DNA of 52,386 nt, filler included, from Barthelona sp. PAP020 (lineage: Eukaryota): assembly GCA_040182905.1 (NCBI GenBank). It is 2 parts of 2 records of this genome, joined end to end, with 100 filler letters (N's around TTAATTAATTAA, not from the genome) between each part and the next. Parts side by side here need not be neighbours in the genome. Positions count along the whole stretch, not along the records: positions 26,376 to 52,386 come from JARQWU010000140.1; 1 more part is not named here. One strand, given 5' to 3'. Both the position numbers and the translations under genes were made by a program. The notes under the pieces were generated by a model. The model was given only the letters and a program-made list of their open reading frames with translations, did no database searches and was not told where the DNA came from. Shown here piece by piece: positions 42,101 to 51,198 of this stretch. Position 1 is the first letter of the stretch. Each line of letters begins with the position of its first letter.

Positions 42101-45100
42101 AATCCTGCTGGACATGGATAGCATTGAGTTAAATTCTCACCACGATCATATGAACGATATGTACCAATTGGACAAGGAACAGCATTCAATGCTTCCCATA
42201 CACAAAAATAACCAGGTGGACATGGACGAGTTTCATATTCAGAAAGACCTGTAGAATTACACAAATAACCAGCAGGACAATTTAAGCAATCAGCAAGGGA
42301 AGCGCCACCCAAAACAGGGTTAAAAGTACCAATAGGACATTGAATTGGTAAATGACCAAATGGACAATAATGTCCAACAGGACATTTGGTTGGTTCACTT
42401 CCATCACAAACCATACCGGCACTACAAATAGTACAATCCGCTTCTTGATCTGATTGAAGAGAAGACCACTTCAAAATATCACAAGCAATAGGGGTTTCGA
42501 TGCCTTCAGGACAATAGTAACCACAAGGACAAGGTTCACCAAAATCAAGGCTACCATCAGGGGTTGAAGTATTAGAACCTCCATAACAAACATATCCTGG
42601 AGCACAATCATTAACAATAGATCCACCAACACAATACTTTCCTGCAGGGCAAGAAATACATTGTGCTTCTTGGTATAATTTTGTATCGACAGCATAAGTG
42701 CCGTGTGGACACTCATTAGGTATTGAAGTTCCTTCTGGACAATAATGACCAGCAGGACATGGTTGCGGAGTTGAAGCATTATTCTGGCAATAATATCCAT
42801 TTGGACAAATAACACAAGTACTTTGAGTTTCTAAAGATTGATAAAATCCATCACCACAACCAGTAGGTGCAAATGAACCAGAAGGACATTTGTATCCTAT
42901 TGGACAAGCAATCATTGGAATCACTTCTGCTCCAATTTCAGTAATTGGACAATAATAACCAGCAGTGCACAAAGTACACTCACTTTCACCTTCGTAAATT
43001 GTAAAAGTCCCAGGAGAACAAGGAATTGGTGTTTGAGTGCCTGAAGGACAGTAATAACCAATGGGACAAGGTCCACCAATGGTAGTGTTTGTACCAGGTG
43101 GTATGGATGTTGGAGAAGAAGTATTACAATAATAACCAGCAGAACATGGACCAGTTGGGGTTGAAAGACCAGTTGTTTGACAAAAATATCCTGGATCGCA
43201 TGATATACAATCATCAACACTTTTCCCTTGTTGGGTTGGAAGATATGTTCCAACAGGACAAGGTTGTGGTACATTTGTGCCATTGGGACAAAAATGTCCA
43301 ACAGGGCATGGTCCTCCCAGAGCAGAAACCACAGGTGTTGGATTTGTTGAATTAACAACACAATAATATCCAGAATAACAATCATCACCATCCACTGTCA
43401 TTGCATATAAAGGACAATATTTACCAGGAGAACAACCATTACATTCAGATTCTTGCTTTAAACCTGTATAAGCACTCCAAGAACCAGGAGGACATTGTTC
43501 TGGGAAAGAAGAACCAGCAGGACAATAATGACCTGCTGGACAAACTTTTCCATATGCCATTCCCGTTTCATCACAATAAAAACCAGCAGGACAAGCTGGG
43601 CAACTTGCTTGAGCAGAAAATGGATTAGATGTACCAATGGCACATTCAATCTCAGAATCAGATTGAGCAGGTGTATAATATCCAGCACGAGCAACCCATT
43701 GTCTTGGTGAAGGACTTGTTCCATTACAGAAATAACCGGCAATACAAGGACCTGTTGGTTCAGGATTTCGACTTCCAGCACAATAAAAACCAGGATCACA
43801 AGAAAAACATTCAATTTCTGCTCTTGCTCCAGAAACATTATTATAAGTTCCTGGGGGACAAGAAGTTGAAGAAGGAGATCCCAAAGGACAATACCCACCA
43901 GGGGGACAAACGCCACCTGTTTCATCATCAGGTGGGGCTGAAGTGTATGCACGTGATGAACAATAATACCCAGGATCACAAAGTCCTGTTGGACTTGTTC
44001 TACCTGTCCCATCACAAAAATGTCCACCAGGGCATGGAACACATTCTTCAATAGATCCAATTGCAACAGCATTACCATAAGTTCCTAAAGGACATGGTTC
44101 AGGAACTGAAGAACCAATAGGACAGTAATAACCAGCAGGACATTCATTGGGTTCATCTGTACCAGTATAACAATAATGACCAAAAGGACAAAGAGCACAA
44201 GACAATAAAGATTCACCAGATGTTTCGTTACGATATCGTCCTGCTGGACAAGGGATTTGTTTGGGACCATGAGAACCTTCAGGACAATAAAATCCTTCTG
44301 AACACACACCAGTAGGAGTAATACTACCTTCTAAACAATAATAACCAGGAGGGCAAATGTCACATTCTTCATTGGTTTTACGTCCAGCAATATCGGAATA
44401 TCTCCCAAGTGAACAATTTTGTGGTGCTGAAGTAGCTTCCACACAAAATTTTCCCAAAGAACACGAATGAAGAGCAGAAGAAGGAACAACACCCAACCCT
44501 GCTGGACAAAATAACCCTGCTGGACACAGGTAAGTTGAAAGAACAAGATCAGTAGTTGTGGCCTCATCAGGACAATACCTCCCAACGGGACACTGAATGC
44601 AATTTTCAGCGCCACTATCTGAATGATAACCATAGCCACAAGCAATGGGTTCAATAGTTTCTTCAGGACAATAGTAACCTGCTGGACAGAGTGTGCAAAG
44701 AGGAAATATATCAGGTCCAATGCTTTCAGTCATATTTTGATTAGAATAAGTACCTGCTGGACAATGAATAGGTATTGTTGTTGAAGAAGGACAATAATTT
44801 GCCATTGGACATTCAATACATTGAGAAACATCAAACAACCCTGGTGTATCAGAATAGAAACCTTTTGGACAAGGGTAGTCATCCTTATGTGTAGTACCCT
44901 CAGGACAATAATAACCTGCTGCACAGACACCAGAAATAACTTCCAATCCACCCAAACAATAATGACCTGGTGGACAAATTGTACAATCAGCACTCTGAAT
45001 ATTATCTGTTCTATCTGAGTAAGTACCTGGAGGACAATCATATTGTGTTGGTGAGGAAGTTCCTTCAGGGCAATAATGGCCTGTTGCACACAAAATTTTT

Positions 45101-48100
45101 TGATTGACAGATTCACCAGTTCCTTCAAGACAAGCAAAACCAGCAGGACATTTAGTACATTGTTCAATAGCTGTTAAACTTGTTGAACCAGTATAATAAC
45201 CGGCAGGACAAGGATAATCAGTGGGATTAACTGTGTGTAAAGGACAAAAATGACCTTCAGCACAAGTTTCAACTGCATTTTCTAAACCAGGTGTTGGACA
45301 AGCAAAACCAGCTGTGCATGATTTGCATGATGCCAAAGATGTTGCTCCTGTATCATCCATATATGTTCCTGCAGGACAAGGAAGATACGTGGAAGAACCT
45401 TGTGGACAATAATGTCCTACAGGACACAGTATGCAAGAATCCTGTGAACTTTGTTCAGCCAAGGGTTGATAATATCCAGCAGGACAAGGATATTCAGTAA
45501 AATGGTAAGTTCCTTCTGGACAATAATAACCTGAAGGGCATAACGAAGTGTTTGTGGATGCACCACTATGACACCACCGACCAGCACTACAAATTTGACA
45601 TGAAGAACGATTATTCTCACCAATATTGGGTTGAAAAAATCCTTGACCATCATATGGAGAGCAATATTCTGGAGTTAGTGTTCCTTCTGGACAAAATGCT
45701 CCAACAGGACACAAAGTATCGTCGCTCAAAAAAGATGTTCCCAATCGACAAAAGTTGTTTAGAGGACATGTAATACAAGAAGCAATAGAATCACCATTCG
45801 TTATTGGATTATAAGTGCCAACAGGACAAGGAGTTGCAACAGAAGGAGGATTACAATAATGACCAGTGGGGCACTCCATCGAGGTTGGTGTTGGACTTGT
45901 AGAACCAGAAGAACATATCCATCCAGTTGTACAAGCAGTACACACTGTGGAATTTGCTTCTGAATAAGTACCTGCAGGGCAAATTATTGGAGAACTAATT
46001 GAATTAGGACATTTATACCCAGCTGGACATGAGCTACAATTTGTTTGACCACCCAAAGCAAAGGTTCCTGTTGGACAGGTAATTGGGTCATCATCAACAT
46101 CAGGACATTTGTGACCATTGGGACAAATTATACATTCCCCAGCTCCAGATTTCGAGTAATATCCCTCAAGGCATGATGAACAGAGATTATCTCCCAAACT
46201 TGAATATGTTCCAGCAAGACATTGAACTGCTTCAGCTGATTTGTCAATACAAGAATGACCAACTGGACAGGCATCACAAGATGGCTGACCCTTGACAGGT
46301 TGATACAAACCATCCACACAAGGTGTGCAGCTTGTTGAACGAGGATTTGAATAGGTACCTTTCTCACATTCCACAGGGGCAATTGTAATATCAGAACAAA
46401 AAGAACCAGCAGGACAAGGAAAGCATGTAGAATCTCCAAGCAAAGAATACCATCCTTCAGAACAATTAACTGGTGCAACATTTGTGCTTTCACATGCTGC
46501 TCCAGCAGGACAATTTGTACATGATGAAGCTGATTCAAGTGAATAAGTTCCAATACTACAAGCAACAGGAGATAATGAAGGATTGGCACAAGAATATCCA
46601 GCAGGACAAACGGTACAAACACCAGCTCCTGCCGAAGAATATGTTCCAGGATCACAAACAGTAGGTGTGGTAGATCCTAAAGGACAGGCTTCCCCAGCAA
46701 TACATTGAGTGCATGTTGTAGAACCAGCTGCGGAATATGTACCGACAGGACAACTGACAGGAGTTGAACTTATAGTGGGACAGGCTGAACCACCAGGACA
46801 TTGCACACATGATTCTTGTCCTGGTTGGTCTTGATAAAAACCAATCGAACAAGCAGTACAAGAAGTTGACAAAGTGGAAGAAACAGTACCTGGACTGCAA
46901 ATATTGGGGCTTTTTGACACATCATTGCAAGAATAACCGGAAGGACAAGAAGTACACTGTTCATTACCTAATGAATCAGCATAATATCCTGTACTACATG
47001 TTATACAAATAATTTGACCTGTAACATTTTGATAAGTTCCTTTTGGACAAATAATTGGAGGATTTGAAGCAATTGGGCATTTGTAACCCTTTTCACAAAT
47101 TGTACATGCATCTGAACGAATTGAAGAATAATATCCAACTTCGCAATTTGTTTCTGTTGTTGCATTATCAACACAATACGTACCAGCACTACATTCAGAA
47201 CAAAAGATTGCACCAGCCCCAGCATAAAAACCATCATCACAAGGAACAGGGTCTTTCGATGGGTCAATACAAGAATGACCAGTAGTACATGAAATACAGC
47301 TAAGTCCATCGGTTGTGTATGTTCCCGCAGAACAAGGACTACAGGACATTGATGCTGCTGCTGACCAAGAACCTTTAGGACAAGAAACAGGAGACGAAGC
47401 TTTATTTGAACACATTGAGCCTGCTGGACAAGGTAAACAACTTGTAGAATTTACAATAACATTGTAGTATCCATCTTCACACGTAATACAAGCAGAAGCC
47501 TCAGAATTTACTTTCGTTCCAACAGGACATTCGACTGGACCTGTTGATCCACCACAATTTTCACCAACGGGACACGTTTGTGGTGGACTAGCAGGATTTG
47601 GACAGTATTTTCCCACAGGACAATCAGTACAATCTGCTTGAGCTACTTGTAGATTATAAGTATTATCAGAACAAATAGTAGGAGAAGTATTTCCAGTTCC
47701 AGAACACTTTGTACCTGCTGGACAAGGAAAACATAAAGAAGCATTTGTTGGAGAGTAATATCCTGCACTACACAAAATGGGGTCAATCGTGGCTCCTGAA
47801 CAAAAAGAACCAGCGGGACACGACTTGCAAACTTCTTGATCTTGTGTATCTTGATAAGATCCTGGTGAACAAGGAGTAGGTAAACTTTGTGTTGAAGGAC
47901 AATAAAAACCTTTTGGACAATTTAAACAAGAAGTCATTCCTTCTTCATCTGCATATTTTCCTGCATCACATTCGGTTGGAGATGTATTTCCAGTCCCTGT
48001 GCAAGAATGACCAACAGGACAAACTACACAATTTGCTTGGCCATCAATGTTTGAATAAGTACCACTTGGACAAGAAGTGCATGAACTGGAACCACTTGTT

Positions 48101-50274
48101 GAATATGTTCCTGCAAGACAAATGGAAGGTGTTGAAGAACCCAAAGAACAACTATAACCTTCAGGACAATCAATTGGTGTTTCGGTTGTAACAGATGGAC
48201 AATAAGTTCCAGAAGGGCAATCGGTACAACTTGAAGATCCTGCTACCGAAAATTTTCCTGTCCCACATATGGTTGGACTTGTATTTTCGGTACCATGACA
48301 TGCATAACCTGCTGGACATACTTCACAACTTCCTTGCGCATCAATAGCATTATAAGTACCTGTGGGACACACGGATTTGATTCCATTGATACAAAAGAAA
48401 CCAGAAGGACAAGTGGCACATGATTGTTGATTGGTAGTAGTTGTATAATAACCTATTGGACAGACACTTGGAGGTAATGATGGATCAAAAGAGAAGGAAC
48501 CAGCAGGAGTTTCAGCACAAGAAGCAGATCCAACATAAGAATACTTACCAGCGTCACAAGACGTTGGGGAAGTGTTACCAGTGCCAGAACAAAATGTTCC
48601 AGCAGGACATAAAATGCATTTTGAAAGACCACCAGGAGAATAGGTACCTTCTGGACATGAAGTACCAGATGTGGAACCAATAGGACAATATTGACCCGAA
48701 GGACATAAATCACATCCTGAATTGGTTGTATTAGGAATCATTCCATCAGGACATAAATATCCAGGTGATGTAGGATCAGGACAATATTGATCGATGTTAC
48801 AAGCAGTACAATCTGTGGCACTAGGTCCAGAATAAGTTCCTGATGAACAAGTGATTGGTGCAGACATCTCATCTGAAGGACATTTGGAGCCTGATGGACA
48901 CTGTATACAATTTGCTACACCACCAGGTGAATATGTTCCTGCTAAACAAGAAGTTTTTCCATTGTTACATGCAAAACCAGCTGGACATGCTGTACAACTG
49001 CTTGATTCAGAAGTTGATGTCATTCCAGGAGCACAAGGAATTGGAATTTCCGTAAATTCGGGACAATAGTGTTCTGTTGGACAAAGGGAGCAAGGTGAAG
49101 TTGAACCTGCAGTGTTATATTTTCCAGCACCACATGAAGAAGGAGATGTATTTCCAGCACCAACGCAAGCATAACCGGCAGGACAAATATCACAAGATTC
49201 TTGTCCATCAGTTGAAGAGAAAGTACCAATGGGACAAGAAGTACATGAACTTGATCCTGCAATAGAATATTTACCTGCTACACAAATTGAAGGAGAAGAA
49301 GAACCTAAAGGGCAAGAATATCCTGCAGGACATTCAATTGGAATTTCAGTTTTAGCACTAGGACAATAAGATCCAGCAGGACAATCAGTACAGACTGAAG
49401 AACCTGCTACAGCATACTTTCCTGTTCCACATTGGGTCGGACTTGTGTTTCCAGTGCCAATACATGAATGACCAGGAGGGCAAATTTCACAAGAACCTTG
49501 ACCATCAACACTTGAATAGGTACCTGCAGAACAATAAGTGCAAGAACTGGAACCACTTGTAGAATATCTTCCAGCAACACAAATAGAAGGAACTGAAGAC
49601 CCTTGAGAACAGCTATAACCTTCAGGACAATCAATTGGTGTTTCAGTTCCAGAAGAGGGACAATAAGTACCTTCAGGACAGTCTAAACAAGCGGTAGTAG
49701 AACCTGCAAGATTATATTTTCCAGCCGCACAAGAAGATGGGGCGGTATTGCCAACACCAGCACAAGAATGCCCAGGAGGACAGATTTCACAAGACTTTTG
49801 CCCATCAATTGAAGAAAATGTTCCAGAAGGGCAAGAAGTACATGAACTTGATCCTGCAATAGAATATTTTCCAGCAACACAAATAGAAGGTATTGATGTT
49901 CCTAAAGCACAACTATACCCTTCAGGACATTCAATTGGTGTTTCTGTTTTTGAATTAGGACAATATGTTCCTCCTGGACAATCCAGACAAAGTGAAGATC
50001 CTGCAATCGCATATTTACCCGCAGAACAGCCAACAGGTGTTATTGTGGTTGAACCACAACTATAACCAGCTGGACATTTTAAACATTGAGTTGATAATGT
50101 TGTTGGAGAATAAGTACCTGCTGGACATGCTGTTTTCGTATCGTCTACACAAAAGAATCCTTCTGGACATTCAATGCATGTTGAATCATAATAATATCCA
50201 TCTATACAATTGGAGGCAAATGAAATATTTAATAATAATAAAACTATTGACAAATATAAATATATACGTTTCAT
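33187..50274 (-). CDS. Giant (5695 aa) single-pass membrane protein with a cysteine-rich GCC2/GCC3 (ephrin-receptor-like) ectodomain and coiled-coil cytoplasmic region
   Basis: Uninterrupted 17-kb ORF. Signal peptide; about 2950 aa of CPAG(Y/T/H)YC-type repeats; globular juxtamembrane domain; one TM (WLLIVILLGGLFLTAGIVIIGTYCF, about 40570-40645); about 2460 aa cytoplasmic region with DPxxG repeats and E/K/Q/R-rich heptads. Confidence 0.9.
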   Translation of the reverse strand: MKRIYLYLSIVLLLLNISFASNCIDGYYYDSTCIECPEGFFCVDDTKTACPAGTYSPTTLSTQCLKCPAGYSCGSTTITPVGCSAGKYAIAGSSLCLDCPGGTYCPNSKTETPIECPEGYSCALGTSIPSICVAGKYSIAGSSSCTSCPSGTFSSIDGQKSCEICPPGHSCAGVGNTAPSSCAAGKYNLAGSTTACLDCPEGTYCPSSGTETPIDCPEGYSCSQGSSVPSICVAGRYSTSGSSSCTYCSAGTYSSVDGQGSCEICPPGHSCIGTGNTSPTQCGTGKYAVAGSSVCTDCPAGSYCPSAKTEIPIECPAGYSCPLGSSSPSICVAGKYSIAGSSSCTSCPIGTFSSTDGQESCDICPAGYACVGAGNTSPSSCGAGKYNTAGSTSPCSLCPTEHYCPEFTEIPIPCAPGMTSTSESSSCTACPAGFACNNGKTSCLAGTYSPGGVANCIQCPSGSKCPSDEMSAPITCSSGTYSGPSATDCTACNIDQYCPDPTSPGYLCPDGMIPNTTNSGCDLCPSGQYCPIGSTSGTSCPEGTYSPGGLSKCILCPAGTFCSGTGNTSPTSCDAGKYSYVGSASCAETPAGSFSFDPSLPPSVCPIGYYTTTTNQQSCATCPSGFFCINGIKSVCPTGTYNAIDAQGSCEVCPAGYACHGTENTSPTICGTGKFSVAGSSSCTDCPSGTYCPSVTTETPIDCPEGYSCSLGSSTPSICLAGTYSTSGSSSCTSCPSGTYSNIDGQANCVVCPVGHSCTGTGNTSPTECDAGKYADEEGMTSCLNCPKGFYCPSTQSLPTPCSPGSYQDTQDQEVCKSCPAGSFCSGATIDPILCSAGYYSPTNASLCFPCPAGTKCSGTGNTSPTICSDNTYNLQVAQADCTDCPVGKYCPNPASPPQTCPVGENCGGSTGPVECPVGTKVNSEASACITCEDGYYNVIVNSTSCLPCPAGSMCSNKASSPVSCPKGSWSAAASMSCSPCSAGTYTTDGLSCISCTTGHSCIDPSKDPVPCDDGFYAGAGAIFCSECSAGTYCVDNATTETNCEVGYYSSIRSDACTICEKGYKCPIASNPPIICPKGTYQNVTGQIICITCSTGYYADSLGNEQCTSCPSGYSCNDVSKSPNICSPGTVSSTLSTSCTACSIGFYQDQPGQESCVQCPGGSACPTISSTPVSCPVGTYSAAGSTTCTQCIAGEACPLGSTTPTVCDPGTYSSAGAGVCTVCPAGYSCANPSLSPVACSIGTYSLESASSCTNCPAGAACESTNVAPVNCSEGWYSLLGDSTCFPCPAGSFCSDITIAPVECEKGTYSNPRSTSCTPCVDGLYQPVKGQPSCDACPVGHSCIDKSAEAVQCLAGTYSSLGDNLCSSCLEGYYSKSGAGECIICPNGHKCPDVDDDPITCPTGTFALGGQTNCSSCPAGYKCPNSISSPIICPAGTYSEANSTVCTACTTGWICSSGSTSPTPTSMECPTGHYCNPPSVATPCPVGTYNPITNGDSIASCITCPLNNFCRLGTSFLSDDTLCPVGAFCPEGTLTPEYCSPYDGQGFFQPNIGENNRSSCQICSAGRWCHSGASTNTSLCPSGYYCPEGTYHFTEYPCPAGYYQPLAEQSSQDSCILCPVGHYCPQGSSTYLPCPAGTYMDDTGATSLASCKSCTAGFACPTPGLENAVETCAEGHFCPLHTVNPTDYPCPAGYYTGSTSLTAIEQCTKCPAGFACLEGTGESVNQKILCATGHYCPEGTSSPTQYDCPPGTYSDRTDNIQSADCTICPPGHYCLGGLEVISGVCAAGYYCPEGTTHKDDYPCPKGFYSDTPGLFDVSQCIECPMANYCPSSTTIPIHCPAGTYSNQNMTESIGPDIFPLCTLCPAGYYCPEETIEPIACGYGYHSDSGAENCIQCPVGRYCPDEATTTDLVLSTYLCPAGLFCPAGLGVVPSSALHSCSLGKFCVEATSAPQNCSLGRYSDIAGRKTNEECDICPPGYYCLEGSITPTGVCSEGFYCPEGSHGPKQIPCPAGRYRNETSGESLLSCALCPFGHYCYTGTDEPNECPAGYYCPIGSSVPEPCPLGTYGNAVAIGSIEECVPCPGGHFCDGTGRTSPTGLCDPGYYCSSRAYTSAPPDDETGGVCPPGGYCPLGSPSSTSCPPGTYNNVSGARAEIECFSCDPGFYCAGSRNPEPTGPCIAGYFCNGTSPSPRQWVARAGYYTPAQSDSEIECAIGTSNPFSAQASCPACPAGFYCDETGMAYGKVCPAGHYCPAGSSFPEQCPPGSWSAYTGLKQESECNGCSPGKYCPLYAMTVDGDDCYSGYYCVVNSTNPTPVVSALGGPCPVGHFCPNGTNVPQPCPVGTYLPTQQGKSVDDCISCDPGYFCQTTGLSTPTGPCSAGYYCNTSSPTSIPPGTNTTIGGPCPIGYYCPSGTQTPIPCSPGTFTIYEGESECTLCTAGYYCPITEIGAEVIPMIACPIGYKCPSGSFAPTGCGDGFYQSLETQSTCVICPNGYYCQNNASTPQPCPAGHYCPEGTSIPNECPHGTYAVDTKLYQEAQCISCPAGKYCVGGSIVNDCAPGYVCYGGSNTSTPDGSLDFGEPCPCGYYCPEGIETPIACDILKWSSLQSDQEADCTICSAGMVCDGSEPTKCPVGHYCPFGHLPIQCPIGTFNPVLGGASLADCLNCPAGYLCNSTGLSEYETRPCPPGYFCVWEALNAVPCPIGTYRSYDRGENLTQCYPCPAGFYCSIESTTAPIPCPDGYYCPEGSNSPILCPAGTRHFSTFLRDSLENACEPCPATQACDVGDRMTSYTCDEGYICVKGAVNSHPANMSQGGYPCPVGHYCPKGAIIPKACPAGSYNPNMTSFSNTSCELCPVNSFAPQIGSQSCSPCGPYAVSDIGSLTCSCVGRNRIFQLYDGSCICKANYVYYDSTGSMRSDTDSDYDCQPIVYSRCEENQIRSSNGECIAAVDSTLCCTQCLSGKGEFDSSVGICICDDALDEDIICDSACRSQQMLMELQPIDPDEEKTGLYLYVKKQGSSISKIDISGVSGMQGKMSCVVKAPASGCTIIPIQLNSTFKGVYNPSSAYLNGLISELNLPSSNSDEDASWLIEPLVCLQLGETVMFDISSGDYPIYEKDNLANTDEEFDYGAFRDLAARIKANLTVSTFLFTFTTSGVHVFTSNLDPYKKVIVSVMPADTVCPTRAQIVPQTSSNLVSLAVRRTDSLLLTPDWLLIVILLGGLFLTAGIVIIGTYCFQRKQWTRSKGDTPLYRDVSGKNNNVSFDHDAQYSKEFRLAMGEAGRLFERDYKDDDWLVDLEGFDVHALFDSLNKMNDVFDMRLKDTDDNLRKFYKNIQAQQDSIRNLVSSRLEALPGKFTNSMIEYIKKQTKILVKEAEEEKQRRIGILKEQNKVFNEWMSNNDKRKRQRDKYDQDISQTIQEIDDKLPDLRMALSKLLQSPDSVNHVSEVEMLLGKIRGNHLKVTNLFNSFAAELNELYVPSGCRMIDPKSKLSLTFEDIVDKKGEVMLLEGITRVDCTTKLIVPIPGIKLLRPNGETIECPSEMVIDPRDGLVYAMETLLMVNPITKKVVFVTDLSIPIDTPLIPYIPFPTHPLKNGPVSEIKIPVESLHSVNFGDLITDPVSGRKVPVMAATIIPNGTIVPIGGLYSDPITGLDVPIVQNGLMTSSNGSIVPISGVSLSAPSGKVIPTGGMSYEITSHQNKGIIQGQLYEDPLSKNNVYACGSRFNRDVNKAIVYGGGMNFRFHLFKLEKIKKYAESVLDYTNRIGRMVSNMKLNADCIDVDQLHTDLSKLNQNVLDVLTIQINQLTQVLQHEEQTDYVSNVQSKEILLKIQENIETGTQLGTIHDPICNIDLPILLGIRLIDINSGQPSLIVGIEKNDMGGIVPIFDVNKRSISDDFDMEALQQALNTRNGLLNEVIHRIYINNERHGIEEKLNEYLEKTFNLLKILSTNHDFINVDKIIEELFNDYLKNFDETFVQKYHNSQLLENDRLVTLDLKYIIPITAVRNLLIDGYDNIKIADADVLKDIQAFKQLFDGLKDMVETQQTARDLDLEELAKNDDTNGVFARKEDFINVLHEYLNDFHKQMNKSFKDYHNDLLKLVSIRETIDANQQYAQELVNRLIEKNQPLHDHDTFTPLNLLPVVGEVTEQKDELAELTDLIRQLLNQGKEVEEIITDEFLLSNMGGIGGAYNRKTVIVDDSVGIAMPFKPAEFNMEDVYESPETVSERHKEEIDNLEATIEDTLNQAYLKVEGMYEEQMSLLMQEMERYRNSGQNEQLKVLDKTKTELEEKKENDKIGARKRVNQWADSKRRELQNQQKLERSLAEYGRDFSEQRNTLANKQMVAAEGLFNEFEALRDETIENEIEEIQKRYDVIRKRLTDNYERKLKKTKNVNERSAMKIQLDSDLDLLNEQCDSSIESSKNSIINRLTIQYQKDKEYMMKLQLEKRQEMLETQSQQIIQLQNRLLSEQNEEFDLDSEIQQRFNQMFGYFNENVSILLEEDTLDKQKLENELNEEIVDIEEVKKKELEREELLLRERYNKLMEQANPNDLPELINELQTRIDLLKQETDASTDLQIAEAKRRHAELLLKRKQKKSPEINDTIQNNFNQTKTSILEQLQQAIEKGDIDTDQLLEILKNLNFINDQVNNFNNANEASMLENEKNKELIEIEENEKKELIEKIKQRKLEMERLLDNENDNEKRKEIIDDYNNRINDLRDQVDNNINQQQSLALERFERLKRERLAKMNINAQNRLEQLNEENDKMVKIAESKGLLDEDAIEQIKNNLKEQDEHNNQMANLANHTENSKEKINSDINESIKKESDEIEQRFNSIFAKLDSNNKDIGNMLDDANKDLENKMDFIDNERKRQLKMAKERARIKKEKRLAQLAEEERKKAEEIHQQMKLKEEQHSKRARMNRMREKIKKESEGMPEHQIHEIVEQVLAEEKYNRSRSLVITHLEEQSEAMKRAEKRSNTLAQEEREKIISDQLEKSKSIVEQVNDLNSDELIRRQKDIDDETTNKLLSLEDSMVQTRDRLIEEEIQSLRIRHTKERADLQDNYNEELLVLLEEFVPEFGDATGKIAAYKNEIMEQRQKLEDERNAKIALAEKEKELQMIEIQKEHDEEVRRKEEEINEKYRKEEERLAKIQEELDRKNEMMRQQVVDAQKQMFQQQLQKGLTEEQKNNMVDEHMKTIETQLKIRDEQLQKQIDSALLRFNERKKRDLLNAKAASLGEKRKKEVQIESLSNALKNDIFNQFKDNVNDINRKQTENLTVEVNIVAEDAAKSQQAKSVYSSLVESEKSDSATISENQPHVDTSHEIRLTDNIGLSIPASEYDFDFNNDTLQSLLSKIDELEEKIDVGISVDTSFETKEIDKQINAQMNNYKAAPADNLEKLIKCPGYLSIISEIELSIAETFNLNLCKELSLRVSNLFKISLPKIVIATNLPKHSWNNSFQNSYFISKDEEEEEEEDNGIFTLYIHKKRIQDNADALLVCSRALIHLILNSKGHEGSNDASIEYIPLHLTLMKIVSDMYCESFAKETKSRQYNEAEKILFSKNDQITDSFNFKQSRGLFDNNVYDEMIDMIEDDIEFLEKQIWNKDVPDMNKDIGFAAKDKESLLIKKQYDELKTKDVSDQSILKEKFKLSSKLGLAKSKEKSFGQGIDAAIVNMKTYLSSKVKAKQEEENAAEEDLDSDISSSEE

Positions 50275-51198
50275 ATATATATTCTACATATATAAACAAA
50301 ATAACAATAAAAAAAAAGTATTGTTCTATTTTTGCTCTTTTTGTTCCATTCATATGATTTTCAAATGAAACTACACCAATCAACCCTTTATATAACTATT
50401 AGAACATCTAAAAATTAAAGAAAAACGTTTTTTGAATTGGTGACAACAAGGACCTCTCGACAAATTTCTTTTATTTCGCTAATAATGACATGATTCTTTG
50501 AAAAGACATCAATTATGGGACATTTATGAAAAAATTTTAAATTTTCGTGCTTGATGTTTCTTTTTTTCAAATGATTGTAGACAACAAATTATTTAAGTTA
50601 AACTGGAAACTATTATTTGTCGCAATTAGCAAGTGCAACAATTTGTTGTTTTCAAGATAACAATTATTATTATTTTGGTTCATCTTTTGATTTCAATGGC
50701 CATACAATTTGACCTACCTTTTTTTTTTTGATTTAATGCCTCTAATGATTGAGTTGTGAATTACAGTTTTTCAAAGTTTATTGAATATATTTTTCATATT
50801 GAAAAGTAAACAGTTCGTTGATTTTTTGCTGATTTTTTTTATTTTATCTCATTCCATTTTCTTCACCTGAAAAATTCCAAAAAAAAGGATATATAGACAC
50901 ATTTATTATGTGAATAGTTTTCACAATTGAATGAATGATTCTTTTTTAGGTGGTTGATAAGTTGTTTCATGATGTAAAATCCCTTTTCCAAATTGAAAAT
51001 GAGATTTGCCCATTTAATATCATTTGTTTAAACTGCAAATTTTTAGATTAAAATAACTATTTATAAAAAATATGTTTGTCCCTTCTTTTTGTTGAATATT
51101 TGATAAAAATTATTACTCATTGTGAATAAACTCTTCCTTTGGAAAGATATTAAAAAAAAAGTTGTTTTCAACCCAACAACAAAGAAAAACTATTTTTT

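Noticed and set aside
195..50383. Numerous short antisense or alternative-frame ORFs in the track, especially within the giant gene (for example 43458-44078 and 46128-46655)
   Set aside because: They are shadow ORFs produced by codon bias and repeat structure of the real genes. They have no recognisable motifs and many use non-ATG starts.
50360..51198. Long divergent intergenic region with fragments that look like a decayed gene
   Set aside because: All frames are interrupted and nothing is recognisable. I cannot distinguish a pseudogene from promoter sequence.
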